Made by a program: the position numbers and the translations under genes. From Planctomycetota bacterium (lineage in GTDB: Bacteria > Planctomycetota > UBA8108 > SXIK01): 64,000 bases of DNA. Positions 19,142-29,140 of this stretch are shown in pieces. Location of the stretch: NCBI GenBank assembly GCA_965223265.1, contig OZ244999.1, forward strand, positions 6,816,001 through 6,880,000, in the 5' to 3' direction. Every line of letters begins with the position of its first letter. The first letter of the stretch is position 1. A model generated the notes under the pieces. It was not told the DNA's origin and did not search any database. It saw only the letters and a list, made by a program, of their open reading frames with translations.

Positions 19142-21046
19142 ATGACGATCACGACCAAGACCGACCCGCCCCCTCCGACCGGAGCGAAGCTCTCCGTGTC
19201 ATGCGGACCAGACTTAGGCGCCGAGTTCGATCTCGACACCGAGTTCACGAGTCGGACAGTCACCGTCGGACGCGATGAGCACGCTGACATCACGCTCAAC
19301 GATCCCGCCGTCTCGCGCGAACACTTTCGACTTGAGAAAGCATCGCGGGCGTGGCGCGTTGTTGATCTCGGGAGCCGCAACCAGACGTTCCTCAACGGCC
19401 GTCCCGTCAGCGACATCGAGCTGGCGGGAGGCGATGTACTGCGAGTCGGCGATACCGAACTTCGGTTTCAAGACAGCGAGCGGCTGGGTGGCGGCTCGAC
19501 GATCATGAAACATGTCCAGCAGCCAACGGGACGCGAAACGTTCCTGGAGCGCATCGATCACGTTGAACGCATGCTCGAAGAAGAGAAGGCCAAACGCGCG
19601 CTCGATGAGGTGCGTCGGCTTTTCGAAGTCCATCAACGACTCGCGACAACCGCTTCTTCTGACGAACTCTTTCATCGGATTCTCGCCGAAGTGGTGCCGG
19701 TACTCAAAGCCGACTCCGCGGTCGTCGTCGTCAATCAGGGCGGCGACTGGAAGGTGCGAGCGAAGTATCCGGACGAGAGTAGTGAGAAAGTCTCGTTCAG
19801 CCGCTCGGTCGTCCAGCGAGTCGCGGACAGCGGCGAAGCACTGCTCCTCGAGCGCGCCGAAGACGAGGAGGAGCTGCGAAAGAAACAGAGCATCGTCTCG
19901 CAAGACATCACAACGATCCTCGCGCTGCCGCTGCGAACAGGCGGCGCCGTCCGCGCCGTGATCTACACGGATCGCCGCGGCTCCGATCAACCATTCCTCG
20001 ACTCTGACCTTGAACTACTAACGGCAGCGCTCGACTCGGTCGCGCCGTTCGTCGGGCGTCTGCTCGAGGGCGAGAAACTCAAAGTCGAGAACCGTCACCT
20101 CTTCGAAAGTATTGCCTCTGACAAGAAGATCATCGGGCGCTCGCCGGCCATCGAAGCGGTTCTCAGTTTCATCCGGCGCGCCGCGCCGACACCGATGACG
20201 GTGCTCATTCAGGGTGAGACCGGCACCGGGAAAGAGCTCGTGGCGGCCGCGATCCATTACGCTAGCCCGCGCCGAGGCCAACCGTTTGTCGCTCTCAACT
20301 GCGCCGCGATGCCCGAGCAGCTTGCCGAAAGCGAACTGTTCGGCCACGAGAAGGGATCGTTCACCGGTGCGGCGAGCCGCCGCAAGGGACGGTTTGAGCT
20401 CGCCCATGGCGGCACGATCTTCCTGGACGAAGTTGGAGAGCTCTCGCCCGCCTGCCAGGCTAAACTTCTTCGACTCCTCGAAGAAAGGTGCTTCGAGCGC
20501 GTGGGCGGCGCGGAATCAATCGAAGTCGACGTCCGCGTCGTCGCCGCGACCAACCGCGACCTGCTCGGTGCCGTCGATGAGGGCGAATTTCGCGAGGATC
20601 TTTACTATCGATTGAACGTGCTCAGCGTTGAGCTACCGCCACTGCGCCAGCGCAGCGAAGACATCCCACTCCTCGTCGAACACTTCCTGGCCATGTCCCA
20701 CGCACAGCACAAGAGTCTGAGCAAACGGGCAGAAGAAGCTCTGCGCTCATACAATTGGCCGGGTAACATCCGGGAGCTGCGAAACGTCATCGAAAGCGCG
20801 GTCGTTCTCGGCACGGGTAACGTGATCAAGCCCGAAGATCTCCTGCTCACCCGCAGCCGACCGCGAAAAGCTCAGGCGACGGCGGCGTGGGAACCGATCA
20901 GCTTACAGCAGCTTGAGAAGAGCCACATCGCTCGCGTTCTGGAACACACCGGCGGCAACAAAAAGCGCGCCGCCGAGATCCTCGGCATCGAACGCTGCAC
21001 TCTCTACGCCAAGATTAAGAACTACGACCTGAACGACGCCACATGA
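19142..21046 (+). CDS. sigma54-dependent enhancer-binding protein, FHA-GAF-AAA+-Fis HTH
   Basis: FHA motifs VGRD, VSREH, DLGSRNQTFLNG; GAF region; GETGTGKE, ESELFGHEKGSFTGA, FLDEV, WPGNIREL; HTH GNKKRAAEILGI. Confidence 0.95.
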   Translation: MTITTKTDPPPPTGAKLSVSCGPDLGAEFDLDTEFTSRTVTVGRDEHADITLNDPAVSREHFRLEKASRAWRVVDLGSRNQTFLNGRPVSDIELAGGDVLRVGDTELRFQDSERLGGGSTIMKHVQQPTGRETFLERIDHVERMLEEEKAKRALDEVRRLFEVHQRLATTASSDELFHRILAEVVPVLKADSAVVVVNQGGDWKVRAKYPDESSEKVSFSRSVVQRVADSGEALLLERAEDEEELRKKQSIVSQDITTILALPLRTGGAVRAVIYTDRRGSDQPFLDSDLELLTAALDSVAPFVGRLLEGEKLKVENRHLFESIASDKKIIGRSPAIEAVLSFIRRAAPTPMTVLIQGETGTGKELVAAAIHYASPRRGQPFVALNCAAMPEQLAESELFGHEKGSFTGAASRRKGRFELAHGGTIFLDEVGELSPACQAKLLRLLEERCFERVGGAESIEVDVRVVAATNRDLLGAVDEGEFREDLYYRLNVLSVELPPLRQRSEDIPLLVEHFLAMSHAQHKSLSKRAEEALRSYNWPGNIRELRNVIESAVVLGTGNVIKPEDLLLTRSRPRKAQATAAWEPISLQQLEKSHIARVLEHTGGNKKRAAEILGIERCTLYAKIKNYDLNDAT

Positions 21047-22473
21047 ACCCGCCGCCTGAGCTCCTCCCCCAACACTGCGAAAAAATCCGCCCGGTACGGA
21101 GACTCGGTGTGGTCGGCGCGCTAGCTCGAGTTTGGCCATTTCGCGTCGAGCCTGCCAGCGCCAGGAGCGTCGAGGCCAAGGAGCGACTCGGGCGCGATCC
21201 CGCTCGGGTCGTGGCGGAGGACGGGCGCAGGCATCGGCGCTCCTGGCGTTCCCCGAAGGGCCGGACAGGAGTTTTTGAACATGCACAAGGGTTCTCAGGG
21301 TACGAAAAAGTCGAAAGGGCCTTTGAATCCCCGCGAAACTCGTCCGGCCAGGCCGGCGCGAAATGGCCAAACTCGAGGCTAGCACGTCTGACGATTCTCT
21401 CGTGCGCAGCGGGCGCTCTCTGCCTCGTCACGAGTTTCGCTCACGCGGACGAAGCGATCACGCCGGTGCGAGAGGACGGCCGCGGCGAAGGAGAGGCAGT
21501 GAAGACCGAGCGCGGCGCTCCGGCGAACGTGTCGAAACGGACGACAGAACCGGGCGCGCCAGCCGCAAAGTTCGAGTCTGGAGTTGCCAACGACAAGGCA
21601 CCGAACCAAGGGCAGGGCAGACAGCGCCAGCCAAGACGAATCGACCTCAAGCCGCGCCAGCCGCTGGCGTCTCGCAAGCCTGGCGGTGCCAAGACCAAAG
21701 CCGACGCGCCGCCACCGGTGGCGAAGAAGCGCGCCGGTGGCTTGGGTCTCCCTCCACGCACGGTTTCTTTGCCGATGCAGGGGGTCTACCGAGCGGCCGA
21801 ACTGATCGCACTGGCCGCAAAACTTCAGGATCTACCGCTGCGCACATCGAACGAGCAACTCGGTGAGATCCGCATTGCCATTCTCCCAGACCTTGCTGGC
21901 GCCCGCATCACGCTCAGCGAACTGCGCGTGCTCCTGGCGGCGCATCGGATTTATTTGCTGGAAGTCGATGATCCACGCGGCGAGCGCTTTCTCGTCGCCA
22001 CCGACGATCCGCGGTGGCGACCACGCGCGCTGCGCCACACCTACGTGCTCGAGGTCTCCGACAGCAGGTTCGCGGAGACCGAAGCGGCGCTCGCAAAGCG
22101 AGTCGCGACCTATAACGCTCAGCGCCCGAAAGGCGAGTTACCGGCCGCGGTCGTTGGGGCACCGCGCATGGGGCGCATTCTTCTGCGCGCCGGTAGCGCG
22201 CAAGCGCTCGAAGAACTAGTCGCGGTCGCTGAAGAGCACACAGCAGTGCGTCTTGCGCCCGATCCAGATCGTCCGAAAATGTTCATCTACACGGGCCGGA
22301 ATCGGCGCATCGGTGAGCTCAAAGAGCACGTTCTTAAGGAGCTGAGCGAGGTCGAGCGCGCGCAGACGCGCTGCATCACCCGCGGCAACCGACTCCTGTT
22401 TCGCGCCGCCCCGAAACTCGGAGAGCGCATCTTGAGACTGCTGCGCGAAGCCGATGTTCGCGCCAGCCGGTAA
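21043..22473 (+). CDS. secreted hypothetical protein with secretin N-domain-like region, carrying an in-frame MITE
   Basis: ATG overlaps the upstream stop (ATGA); a signal peptide ending AHA-DE is restored if MITE A is removed; C-terminal half resembles secretin N0/N1-type folds (weak). Confidence 0.6.
   Translation: MNPPPELLPQHCEKIRPVRRLGVVGALARVWPFRVEPASARSVEAKERLGRDPARVVAEDGRRHRRSWRSPKGRTGVFEHAQGFSGYEKVERAFESPRNSSGQAGAKWPNSRLARLTILSCAAGALCLVTSFAHADEAITPVREDGRGEGEAVKTERGAPANVSKRTTEPGAPAAKFESGVANDKAPNQGQGRQRQPRRIDLKPRQPLASRKPGGAKTKADAPPPVAKKRAGGLGLPPRTVSLPMQGVYRAAELIALAAKLQDLPLRTSNEQLGEIRIAILPDLAGARITLSELRVLLAAHRIYLLEVDDPRGERFLVATDDPRWRPRALRHTYVLEVSDSRFAETEAALAKRVATYNAQRPKGELPAAVVGAPRMGRILLRAGSAQALEELVAVAEEHTAVRLAPDPDRPKMFIYTGRNRRIGELKEHVLKELSEVERAQTRCITRGNRLLFRAAPKLGERILRLLREADVRASR
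21125..21378 (-). mobile_element. MITE family A, 254 bp
   Basis: Inverted near-identical copy of 8323-8576, with CTAG duplicated at 21121-21124 and 21379-21382. Confidence 0.92.
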
Positions 22474-22829
22474 CCTCGCGTTCGCTCCCGGCGCGCCGGG
22501 CGGCTTCTCACGCGCAGCCCGTGCCGCCGAGCAGAGTACATCGAGGAATGATGGCTGGCGCACGGTTGAGTCTCCTGAAGCCAAAAGGGAGAGCGGTGCG
22601 CGAGGTGTGCAGGCGCTACCTCCTGAAGACCTCCAGAATGCGCCGCCGCCTTCGCACCAAGGAGCCGGATGGTGGCTTCAGGCGTTTCGATCCGTCGCGT
22701 CAAATCGGCCAAAGGAGTGCTACAGGAAGTGCCGAAGACTAGCCTGGATCTCGCCTCGAGGGGGGCCGTCTGCTGCTCTGCGTTCGGCTGTCGAGAGCGA
22801 AATCCAGCGGACGGGACCCGCCCCTTCTC

Positions 22830-22848
22830 GTGTATGAAATTCAAGCAC
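22830..22848. promoter_or_regulatory. palindromic UAS-like motif, copy 2
   Basis: GTGTATGAAATTCAAGCAC, about 125 bp upstream of a sigma54 -24 element. Confidence 0.6.
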
Positions 22849-22972
22849 GAATGAGCTGCGATCAGGGGCGAATCACGAGGCTCTGAGGCGTTTCCTTGAG
22901 CCCTGAACGACGGCCATAACTTCAATCAATTAAAAGTGTTAAAAGTTTCCCCTGCACCCGCACCGCCGTCTT

Positions 22973-22988
22973 TGGCCCGGGGTTTGCT
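22973..22988 (+). promoter_or_regulatory. sigma54 -24/-12 promoter for gspD operon
   Basis: TGGCCCG-GGGT-TTGCT matches TGGCACG-N4-TTGCW spacing exactly; AT-rich tract upstream at about 22917-22948. Confidence 0.75.
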
Positions 22989-23124
22989 TGGCCGTACTGA
23001 AGCCGGCTCCCTGGCCCGCCGGCGGGGGCAGAACACTCAGACAATTCCCATCCGCGCCGAGCCGCGCCGGAACAACCCAGTTCATGATACCGCGCCGTCG
23101 CCGCTGCACGGTGAGGAGTCTCTA

Positions 23125-25833
23125 ATGCGTAACAGCCTGTTGAACAATGTCATTCGGCTGAGAAACCAGCCGGCTGAGAAAACCCGACGTTCGTCACCGT
23201 CGTCTCGTGGTTGGTGGCACCAAAGCGCGGTTCTCGCGCTGGTCGTCGCACTCGTGACCGCACCAGCAACGCGACTTCCCGCCCAGGCGCCAGGCGGAGA
23301 CGACACCGCGGGTGAGGCGCCACCACCACCACCGCCGCAACCAGACGGCGGCGAAGGAGGCATCGGTGCTCCCCCCGATGCCATCGGCGCAGGTGACGAG
23401 CTCATTACCGGTGCATTCCGAGCCGACGAGGTGATCGAGATCGACGATGGCGAGATCCCGGGCGCGGACTTCCTCAAATTCCTGTCGCACTACACCGGCC
23501 TACCGGTGCTCATCGACAGCAAGCAGCTCGCGAGCCTGACGACGATCAACATTGCGGCGCCGATCAGGCAGGCCGACGGCGAAATCGTCAAAGCGATCCT
23601 CGAGTCGAACGGCCTCAGCGTCACCGAACGCGTCTTGCCCAGCGGACGCTCGGTGATCCGCGTCGAAGGCGCAACGACAGGCGCGGCCGCCGCCCAGCGT
23701 GGACCCGAACCGAGCCCGATCATTGTCGTCACGGCGGACGAGCTTGGGGAACTTGCGAACGTTCCACGACCTGACGAAGTCGCGACGATGATCTTTCGCC
23801 TCCGACATCGCGAGCCAGCTGACGTCATCAAAGCTCTCGGCGACCTCGTCGGTGGCGGCGGCGGCGGCACGACGCCGGGGCGCGCAGCCACGCGTACGGG
23901 GCAGTACAGCCTGACGGAAGTTGAAGGCTCACCGGTCGTCGTCGTGAAGGCGAAGTTCGGCCTCCTCGATTTCTTTCACAAACTCGTCTACGAGATCATC
24001 GACCTGCCGGTGAGCGCTCCCGATCGGATCATCGAGATCGTCGACATCGAAAACGCCTATGCCGACGAACTCGTTCAGATCATCGAGACCTTCATTTTCG
24101 ATGGCCGCCGCTCCACGTCGAGCGTGCGCCGCACGGCCTCAACGCCTGCCTCTGGGACGGCCGCTCAGGGCGCGGCAGCGCGCGCACGACGCACGTCGAC
24201 GACGACGGAAGAGTACGAGACCAAGGTCATCGCGGAGCCGAGAACCAACAAGATCCTCATCGAGACCTACGACGAGCAGGATCTCCAAGACATCTTCATG
24301 CTCATTCGGGCTCTCGACATCCGCTACGAGCTCAGACGCCTCAAGACCTACATCTATCAAGTGCAGTATCTGAAAGCCGACGAAGTCGCCACGACGATTC
24401 AGAGTCTCGTTGGAGGTGCCGGATTCGGGGGCCGTACCGGAAGCAGCAGCCTCGGCCAGGCTCGCACCCGCGGCCTGTCACGAGGAGTTCAGCGACGCGG
24501 CCAGACAACGCGCACACCAACGCCAACGACGCAGACTCCGGGCACCGCAGGCGCCGCCTCGGCTGGCGCCCCGCTGATCGTGCCGCACATCGAGACGAAC
24601 TCGCTCATCATCCAGGCCGAGCCCGAAGACCGCGCCGAGGTGCTCAACATCCTCGAGCAGATCGACACCAAGCGGCGCCAGGTGTTCCTCGAGGCGGCGC
24701 TCGTGCAGGTGACGTCGGACAGCACGCTCAATTTTGTCATCGAGCTGCTCGCGGGCGAGCCGGACGATCGCTCGACGCGAGCCCTGTTCGAAACGTCGTT
24801 CGGCCTCAGCGGCCTAGACTTCGAAAACTTCAACCGCGCCATCCCAGATCTCTCCAATCCCGCCTCTGTGCCCAGGGGTGCGCTCGTCGCCATCATGAAC
24901 CGCGGCAAGTTCCCGGCGCTGATTCAGTTCTTCAAGACCAACACGGACAGCCAGGTCTTGGCGACGCCGTTCATTCTCGCCGACGACAACATGCCGAACG
25001 TGATCCAGATTCTGCAGACACAGTTCGTGCAGACGACCGCGTCGACCGCCGCCGGCCAGACGACATCACAGGAAGCCGAAGACGCCGGTATTATCCTGGA
25101 GATCACGCCGACGATCAGCTCGGAGAGCGCAGTCTTCCTTGAGATGAGCCTCGAAGTGTCGGAGTTCTCTGGCGCCCCGCCGGCGGCCGGTGTGCTGCCG
25201 CCCAAGCTGACGAACACGATCACTTCGGCGGTAACGATTCCAGATGGCGATCTCTTCGTCATCGGCGGTCTGACGCGCGAAAACAAATCGAAGAACGTCT
25301 CCAAAATCCCGATCCTCGGCGACATTCCTCTGCTCGGTAAGCTGTTTCGCTCCGAAGGCTCGGCAAAGAGCACGTCGAACCTCTACATCTTCCTTCGCGC
25401 GCACGTCCTCAGTCACCCTGAGTTCGAAGACCACAAGGAGCTGACACGAAACGCGGAGGATGAGGTCAGCAGGATTTCGAACGTCGAAAAGATCACCAAG
25501 TTCCCGGCGCCGAACGTGCCGCTGCCGCCACCGCCGGCGGTCGACCCGGACGCGCCGACTCGCTTCCAGCTCAACCCCGGCGGGGAGACTAGTTCGTCTC
25601 GCTACGACCCGGAGAGCGAACGACGCCGCTACGCGAACGACCCCGAGAGTCCTTTCGCATCAGGAGGTCTCAACGGAGCGGGCGCCGAACCTGTACCGCG
25701 CCTGCCGCTGACGACGGATCCGGCTACCGAGGAAGAGCTACTCATCGACCAGCAGAACCGAGCCTTGCGCGGCACCGGTGCCAGGGTCGACAAGACCGGA
25801 AAGAGTTGGATCGTGCCGATCGAGGCGAGATGA
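23125..25833 (+). CDS. gspD: type II secretion secretin GspD
   Basis: Start chosen at ATG 23125 after GAGGAG; N domains, KRRQVFLEAALVQV, QVLATP, AGIILEITPTI, SKIPILGDIPLLGKLFRS. Confidence 0.92.
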   Translation: MRNSLLNNVIRLRNQPAEKTRRSSPSSRGWWHQSAVLALVVALVTAPATRLPAQAPGGDDTAGEAPPPPPPQPDGGEGGIGAPPDAIGAGDELITGAFRADEVIEIDDGEIPGADFLKFLSHYTGLPVLIDSKQLASLTTINIAAPIRQADGEIVKAILESNGLSVTERVLPSGRSVIRVEGATTGAAAAQRGPEPSPIIVVTADELGELANVPRPDEVATMIFRLRHREPADVIKALGDLVGGGGGGTTPGRAATRTGQYSLTEVEGSPVVVVKAKFGLLDFFHKLVYEIIDLPVSAPDRIIEIVDIENAYADELVQIIETFIFDGRRSTSSVRRTASTPASGTAAQGAAARARRTSTTTEEYETKVIAEPRTNKILIETYDEQDLQDIFMLIRALDIRYELRRLKTYIYQVQYLKADEVATTIQSLVGGAGFGGRTGSSSLGQARTRGLSRGVQRRGQTTRTPTPTTQTPGTAGAASAGAPLIVPHIETNSLIIQAEPEDRAEVLNILEQIDTKRRQVFLEAALVQVTSDSTLNFVIELLAGEPDDRSTRALFETSFGLSGLDFENFNRAIPDLSNPASVPRGALVAIMNRGKFPALIQFFKTNTDSQVLATPFILADDNMPNVIQILQTQFVQTTASTAAGQTTSQEAEDAGIILEITPTISSESAVFLEMSLEVSEFSGAPPAAGVLPPKLTNTITSAVTIPDGDLFVIGGLTRENKSKNVSKIPILGDIPLLGKLFRSEGSAKSTSNLYIFLRAHVLSHPEFEDHKELTRNAEDEVSRISNVEKITKFPAPNVPLPPPPAVDPDAPTRFQLNPGGETSSSRYDPESERRRYANDPESPFASGGLNGAGAEPVPRLPLTTDPATEEELLIDQQNRALRGTGARVDKTGKSWIVPIEAR

Positions 25834-25951
25834 GCTGGCTGCAATTCTGACGTAGAATAAACATGTTGATCGCGGCAGAGGGTTGACGCGAGGCTGGTAA
25901 TGGAGCGCTCCGCCCGTCCGCACTCGGACCGAATGGAACAGCGAACAATCG

Positions 25952-27652
25952 ATGAAACTGAGCGTCTTTGAACACCTCGTCGACGAAGGACTCATCGATC
26001 GCGAGCAGCTCGATGAGTGTCAGGCGATCGTCAGCGAAAGCGGCGAGCCGCTCGACCGTGTGCTGCGCGCGAAAGGGTTCGTTTCGGAGGCAGCACTCCT
26101 CGACGTCCTGAGTCGTGTCCTACGGCTCGAGCTGCGAGAGGATATCGAAGAGATCGAGGTACCGCGCGTCTTCGTCCAGCGGGTGCCGGCACAGTTCGCG
26201 CGCAACTACAATCTCGTGGGACTGTCACGCGACAATGGCACGTTCCACGTCGCCACGTGCGACCCGCTTGATATCCATCCGATGGACGAGCTCTCCAGCT
26301 TGCTCGAGGCCGACGTCGTCCCCGTGTTGTCACCGCGAGCGAAGATCACGTCTCTGATCAATCGCGCCTACCAGCGCTCTTCGACCGACGTCGACGAGCT
26401 GCTCGACGGCATCGAAGAAGATGACATGATCAGCCTGACGAAGATCGTCGACGAGTCTGAGGACGTCCTCGACATCGCGAACAAGCCGCCGATCATCAAG
26501 CTGATGAATACGATCCTCTTCGAGGCTCTGAAGATTCGCGCCAGCGACATCCATCTGCAGCCTTACGTGGATCGTCTCCAGGTACGCTACCGGATCGATG
26601 GCATTCTCTACGAAGCCAAGGTGATCCCGAAAAAGTTCCAAGACGCGATCATTTCGCGTGTCAAAGTGATGGGCAAAATGGACATCGCGGAGCGTCGACT
26701 GCCGCAAGACGGACGCACGACGATCAAGGTCGGCGACGGCGAGGTGGACGTGCGTATCTCTTCGGTGCCGACCTCCTCCGGCGAGCGCATCGTTTTTCGT
26801 CTGCTGGACAAGAGCGCCCGTCTCTACCGCTTGCACGAAATCGGACTCGGCGAAAGCAGCCTCGACTTGGTGCGCAATCTGATCAGCTATTCCCACGGAA
26901 TCGTTCTGATCACAGGCCCAACCGGAAGCGGCAAAACGACCACGCTCTACGCCGCGCTCGCTGAGATCAATTCCGAAGAAAAGAACGTCATCACGATCGA
27001 AGACCCAATCGAGTACAACATTGACGGCATCAGCCAGATTCAGGTTTCGAACAAGAAGGGCCTGACGTTCGCCTCGGGACTGCGCTCGCTCATGCGGCAG
27101 GACCCCGACGTCATGATGGTCGGTGAGATTCGAGACGGCGAGACCGCGAACATCGCCGTGCAGGCAGCGAACACCGGCCACCTCGTCTTCTCGACCTTGC
27201 ACACCAACGACTCCACCGGCGCGATTAGCCGTATGATCAACCTCGGCGTCGAGCCTTACCTCACAGCTTCGGCAGTGATCGGCGTCATCGCCCAGCGTCT
27301 CGTGCGCCTGATCTGTCCGCACTGCCGCGAGCCCTTCGAAGCGACCGACGCCCAGCTTGCTGAGCTTGGTGTCGAGCGTGGTCAGCTCGACAACAATCAG
27401 CTTTGGCGCGGCCATGGCTGCGAGCACTGTCTTGGTCGTGGACTCTTCGACCGGACCGCGATCTACGAAATCCTCGTCATCGATGAGGACGCACGCGACC
27501 AGATCATCTCCCGCACCAGCGCGTCGGTGATGAAGCAGTCTGCCGTACAGCGAGGCTTGCGGACGCTCCGCATGGACGGGGCGCAGCGGGTCGTCGAGGG
27601 CAAGACGACCATTGAAGAGGTGTTCCGCGTCACGCAGCTCGACGTTTTCTAA
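25952..27652 (+). CDS. gspE: type II secretion ATPase GspE/PulE
   Basis: ASDIH, ERRLPQDGR, GPTGSGKT, TIEDPIEY, RQDPDVMMVGEIRD, STLHTND, CPHC..CEHC. Confidence 0.96.
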   Translation: MKLSVFEHLVDEGLIDREQLDECQAIVSESGEPLDRVLRAKGFVSEAALLDVLSRVLRLELREDIEEIEVPRVFVQRVPAQFARNYNLVGLSRDNGTFHVATCDPLDIHPMDELSSLLEADVVPVLSPRAKITSLINRAYQRSSTDVDELLDGIEEDDMISLTKIVDESEDVLDIANKPPIIKLMNTILFEALKIRASDIHLQPYVDRLQVRYRIDGILYEAKVIPKKFQDAIISRVKVMGKMDIAERRLPQDGRTTIKVGDGEVDVRISSVPTSSGERIVFRLLDKSARLYRLHEIGLGESSLDLVRNLISYSHGIVLITGPTGSGKTTTLYAALAEINSEEKNVITIEDPIEYNIDGISQIQVSNKKGLTFASGLRSLMRQDPDVMMVGEIRDGETANIAVQAANTGHLVFSTLHTNDSTGAISRMINLGVEPYLTASAVIGVIAQRLVRLICPHCREPFEATDAQLAELGVERGQLDNNQLWRGHGCEHCLGRGLFDRTAIYEILVIDEDARDQIISRTSASVMKQSAVQRGLRTLRMDGAQRVVEGKTTIEEVFRVTQLDVF

Positions 27653-27710
27653 GCCGATCGCCGCGGCGGTCGGCAACCACGGTCTTTTCGATTTCCATAG
27701 GCACACGGAC

Positions 27711-28952
27711 ATGCCCGTCTTCGAGTATCGCGCGCTCACCAAAAGTGGCAAAACGACGAAAGGCATCGTCGACGCCGACACCGCCAAGGCGGCGCGTGCG
27801 CAGCTGCGGACCAATAACGTCCACGTCACCGATATCCGCGCCCTCGCAGCGCGCAAAACGAAGGGGAAGGGTGATCAGGCCAACAAGAAAAAGAAGCTGC
27901 AGCTGGATCTGACGCTCGAGCGCGGCCTCAGCACCCGCGATCTCGCCACCTTCACGCGGCAGTTCTCGACGCTGCTGCGCAGCGGGATTCAGCTCGCCGA
28001 CGCACTGCGCGCTCTGGTCGAGCAGTGCGAACAGCGCCACTTCGAACAGATCCTCCGGAACGTCAAGGAGGAGATCACCGCTGGCAACAGTCTGGCCGAA
28101 TCGCTCGCGAAACACCCGCGCTATTTCTCGGACCTCTACGTCAACATGGTCCGCGCCGGCGAGGCGAGCGGCAACCTTGATCAGGTACTCGAGCAGCTAG
28201 CCGCGTATATTCAAAAACAAGCGAGCCTCAAGGGTAAGGTGGCCGCCGCCATCACCTATCCCGCGATCATGGTCGTCGTCGGGACGTTCGTCGTCATCTT
28301 TCTCATGACGTGGGTCGTGCCGCGGATCACACAGGTGCTGCAAGATCGCAATCAGCCGTTGCCGCTCGTCACCGAAACTCTCGTCGCCATTTCTGGTTTC
28401 TTGGTCGACTATTGGTGGATCCTGATCATTGGGGCTGCCAGCGTCTTTTTCTTCACCAAGGCGGTGCTAGCGACGGACGCGGGACGTCTGAAGTTCGACA
28501 CGGGGCTCCTACGCTTTCCTATCTTCGGACAGCTCTTCGCCAAGCAGGCGATCTCGCGCTTCGCAATGACTTTCTCTACGCTTCTCAAGAGCGGCCTTCC
28601 TGCCCTCGACGCACTCAAGATCGTCTCGCTCGTAGTCAACAATGCGCGGCTGACGCAAGTGATCAATGACATCCACGGGCGCATCCTCGAGGGTGCTGAC
28701 ATCGCTACGCCGATCAAGAGATCGAAGGTTTTTCCGCCCATGGTTGGATACATGGTGTCGGTCGGCGAGCAGAGCGGTCAGCTCGAAGAGATCCTCGATC
28801 GTCTCTCGGAGAGTTATGAGGAAGAGCTCGACTTCGCGATTCAGAAAGTTACCGCTTCGATCGAACCGATGATTATCATCGCACTGGCCGTCGTAGTAGG
28901 ATTCATCATTGCGGCTGTCCTCCTGCCGCTCCTCGATTTCTCAAACGTGTGA
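27711..28952 (+). CDS. gspF: type II secretion inner-membrane platform protein GspF
   Basis: MPVFEYRAL start, FTRQFSTLLRSGI, GEASGNL, YP, GEQSGQL, IEP motifs. Confidence 0.95.
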   Translation: MPVFEYRALTKSGKTTKGIVDADTAKAARAQLRTNNVHVTDIRALAARKTKGKGDQANKKKKLQLDLTLERGLSTRDLATFTRQFSTLLRSGIQLADALRALVEQCEQRHFEQILRNVKEEITAGNSLAESLAKHPRYFSDLYVNMVRAGEASGNLDQVLEQLAAYIQKQASLKGKVAAAITYPAIMVVVGTFVVIFLMTWVVPRITQVLQDRNQPLPLVTETLVAISGFLVDYWWILIIGAASVFFFTKAVLATDAGRLKFDTGLLRFPIFGQLFAKQAISRFAMTFSTLLKSGLPALDALKIVSLVVNNARLTQVINDIHGRILEGADIATPIKRSKVFPPMVGYMVSVGEQSGQLEEILDRLSESYEEELDFAIQKVTASIEPMIIIALAVVVGFIIAAVLLPLLDFSNV

Positions 28953-29140
28953 GGTACCACAGCGTCGCCGCTCGATCGCGCCGGGCCGGGAGGCTCGAGC
29001 TCGAGAACGCGGCGGCGAGACACACGCCTCCGCGCGAGAGGCACCGAAGCGCGATGCAGGCCAGACGCAGAGACACGGAAAAGTAGAGACCAAAAGAACG
29101 ACAGAAGAGATTTCGCGAGACAAATCCAAGAGGGAGACAA

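Noticed and set aside
22917-22948. IHF sites between the UAS and sigma54 promoters (also 44640-44670)
   Set aside because: AT-rich and well placed, but not a clean WATCAANNNNTTR match, so not called as features.
22936-23124. N-terminal extension of the gspD ORF
   Set aside because: It overlaps the sigma54 promoter; a better start with a GAGGAG RBS is at 23125.
26330-27856. 508-aa antisense ORF (likewise 32539-33672, 46807-47751, and the same-strand alternative-frame ORF 37334-38518)
   Set aside because: These are shadow ORFs of well-supported genes, expected from high-GC codon bias.
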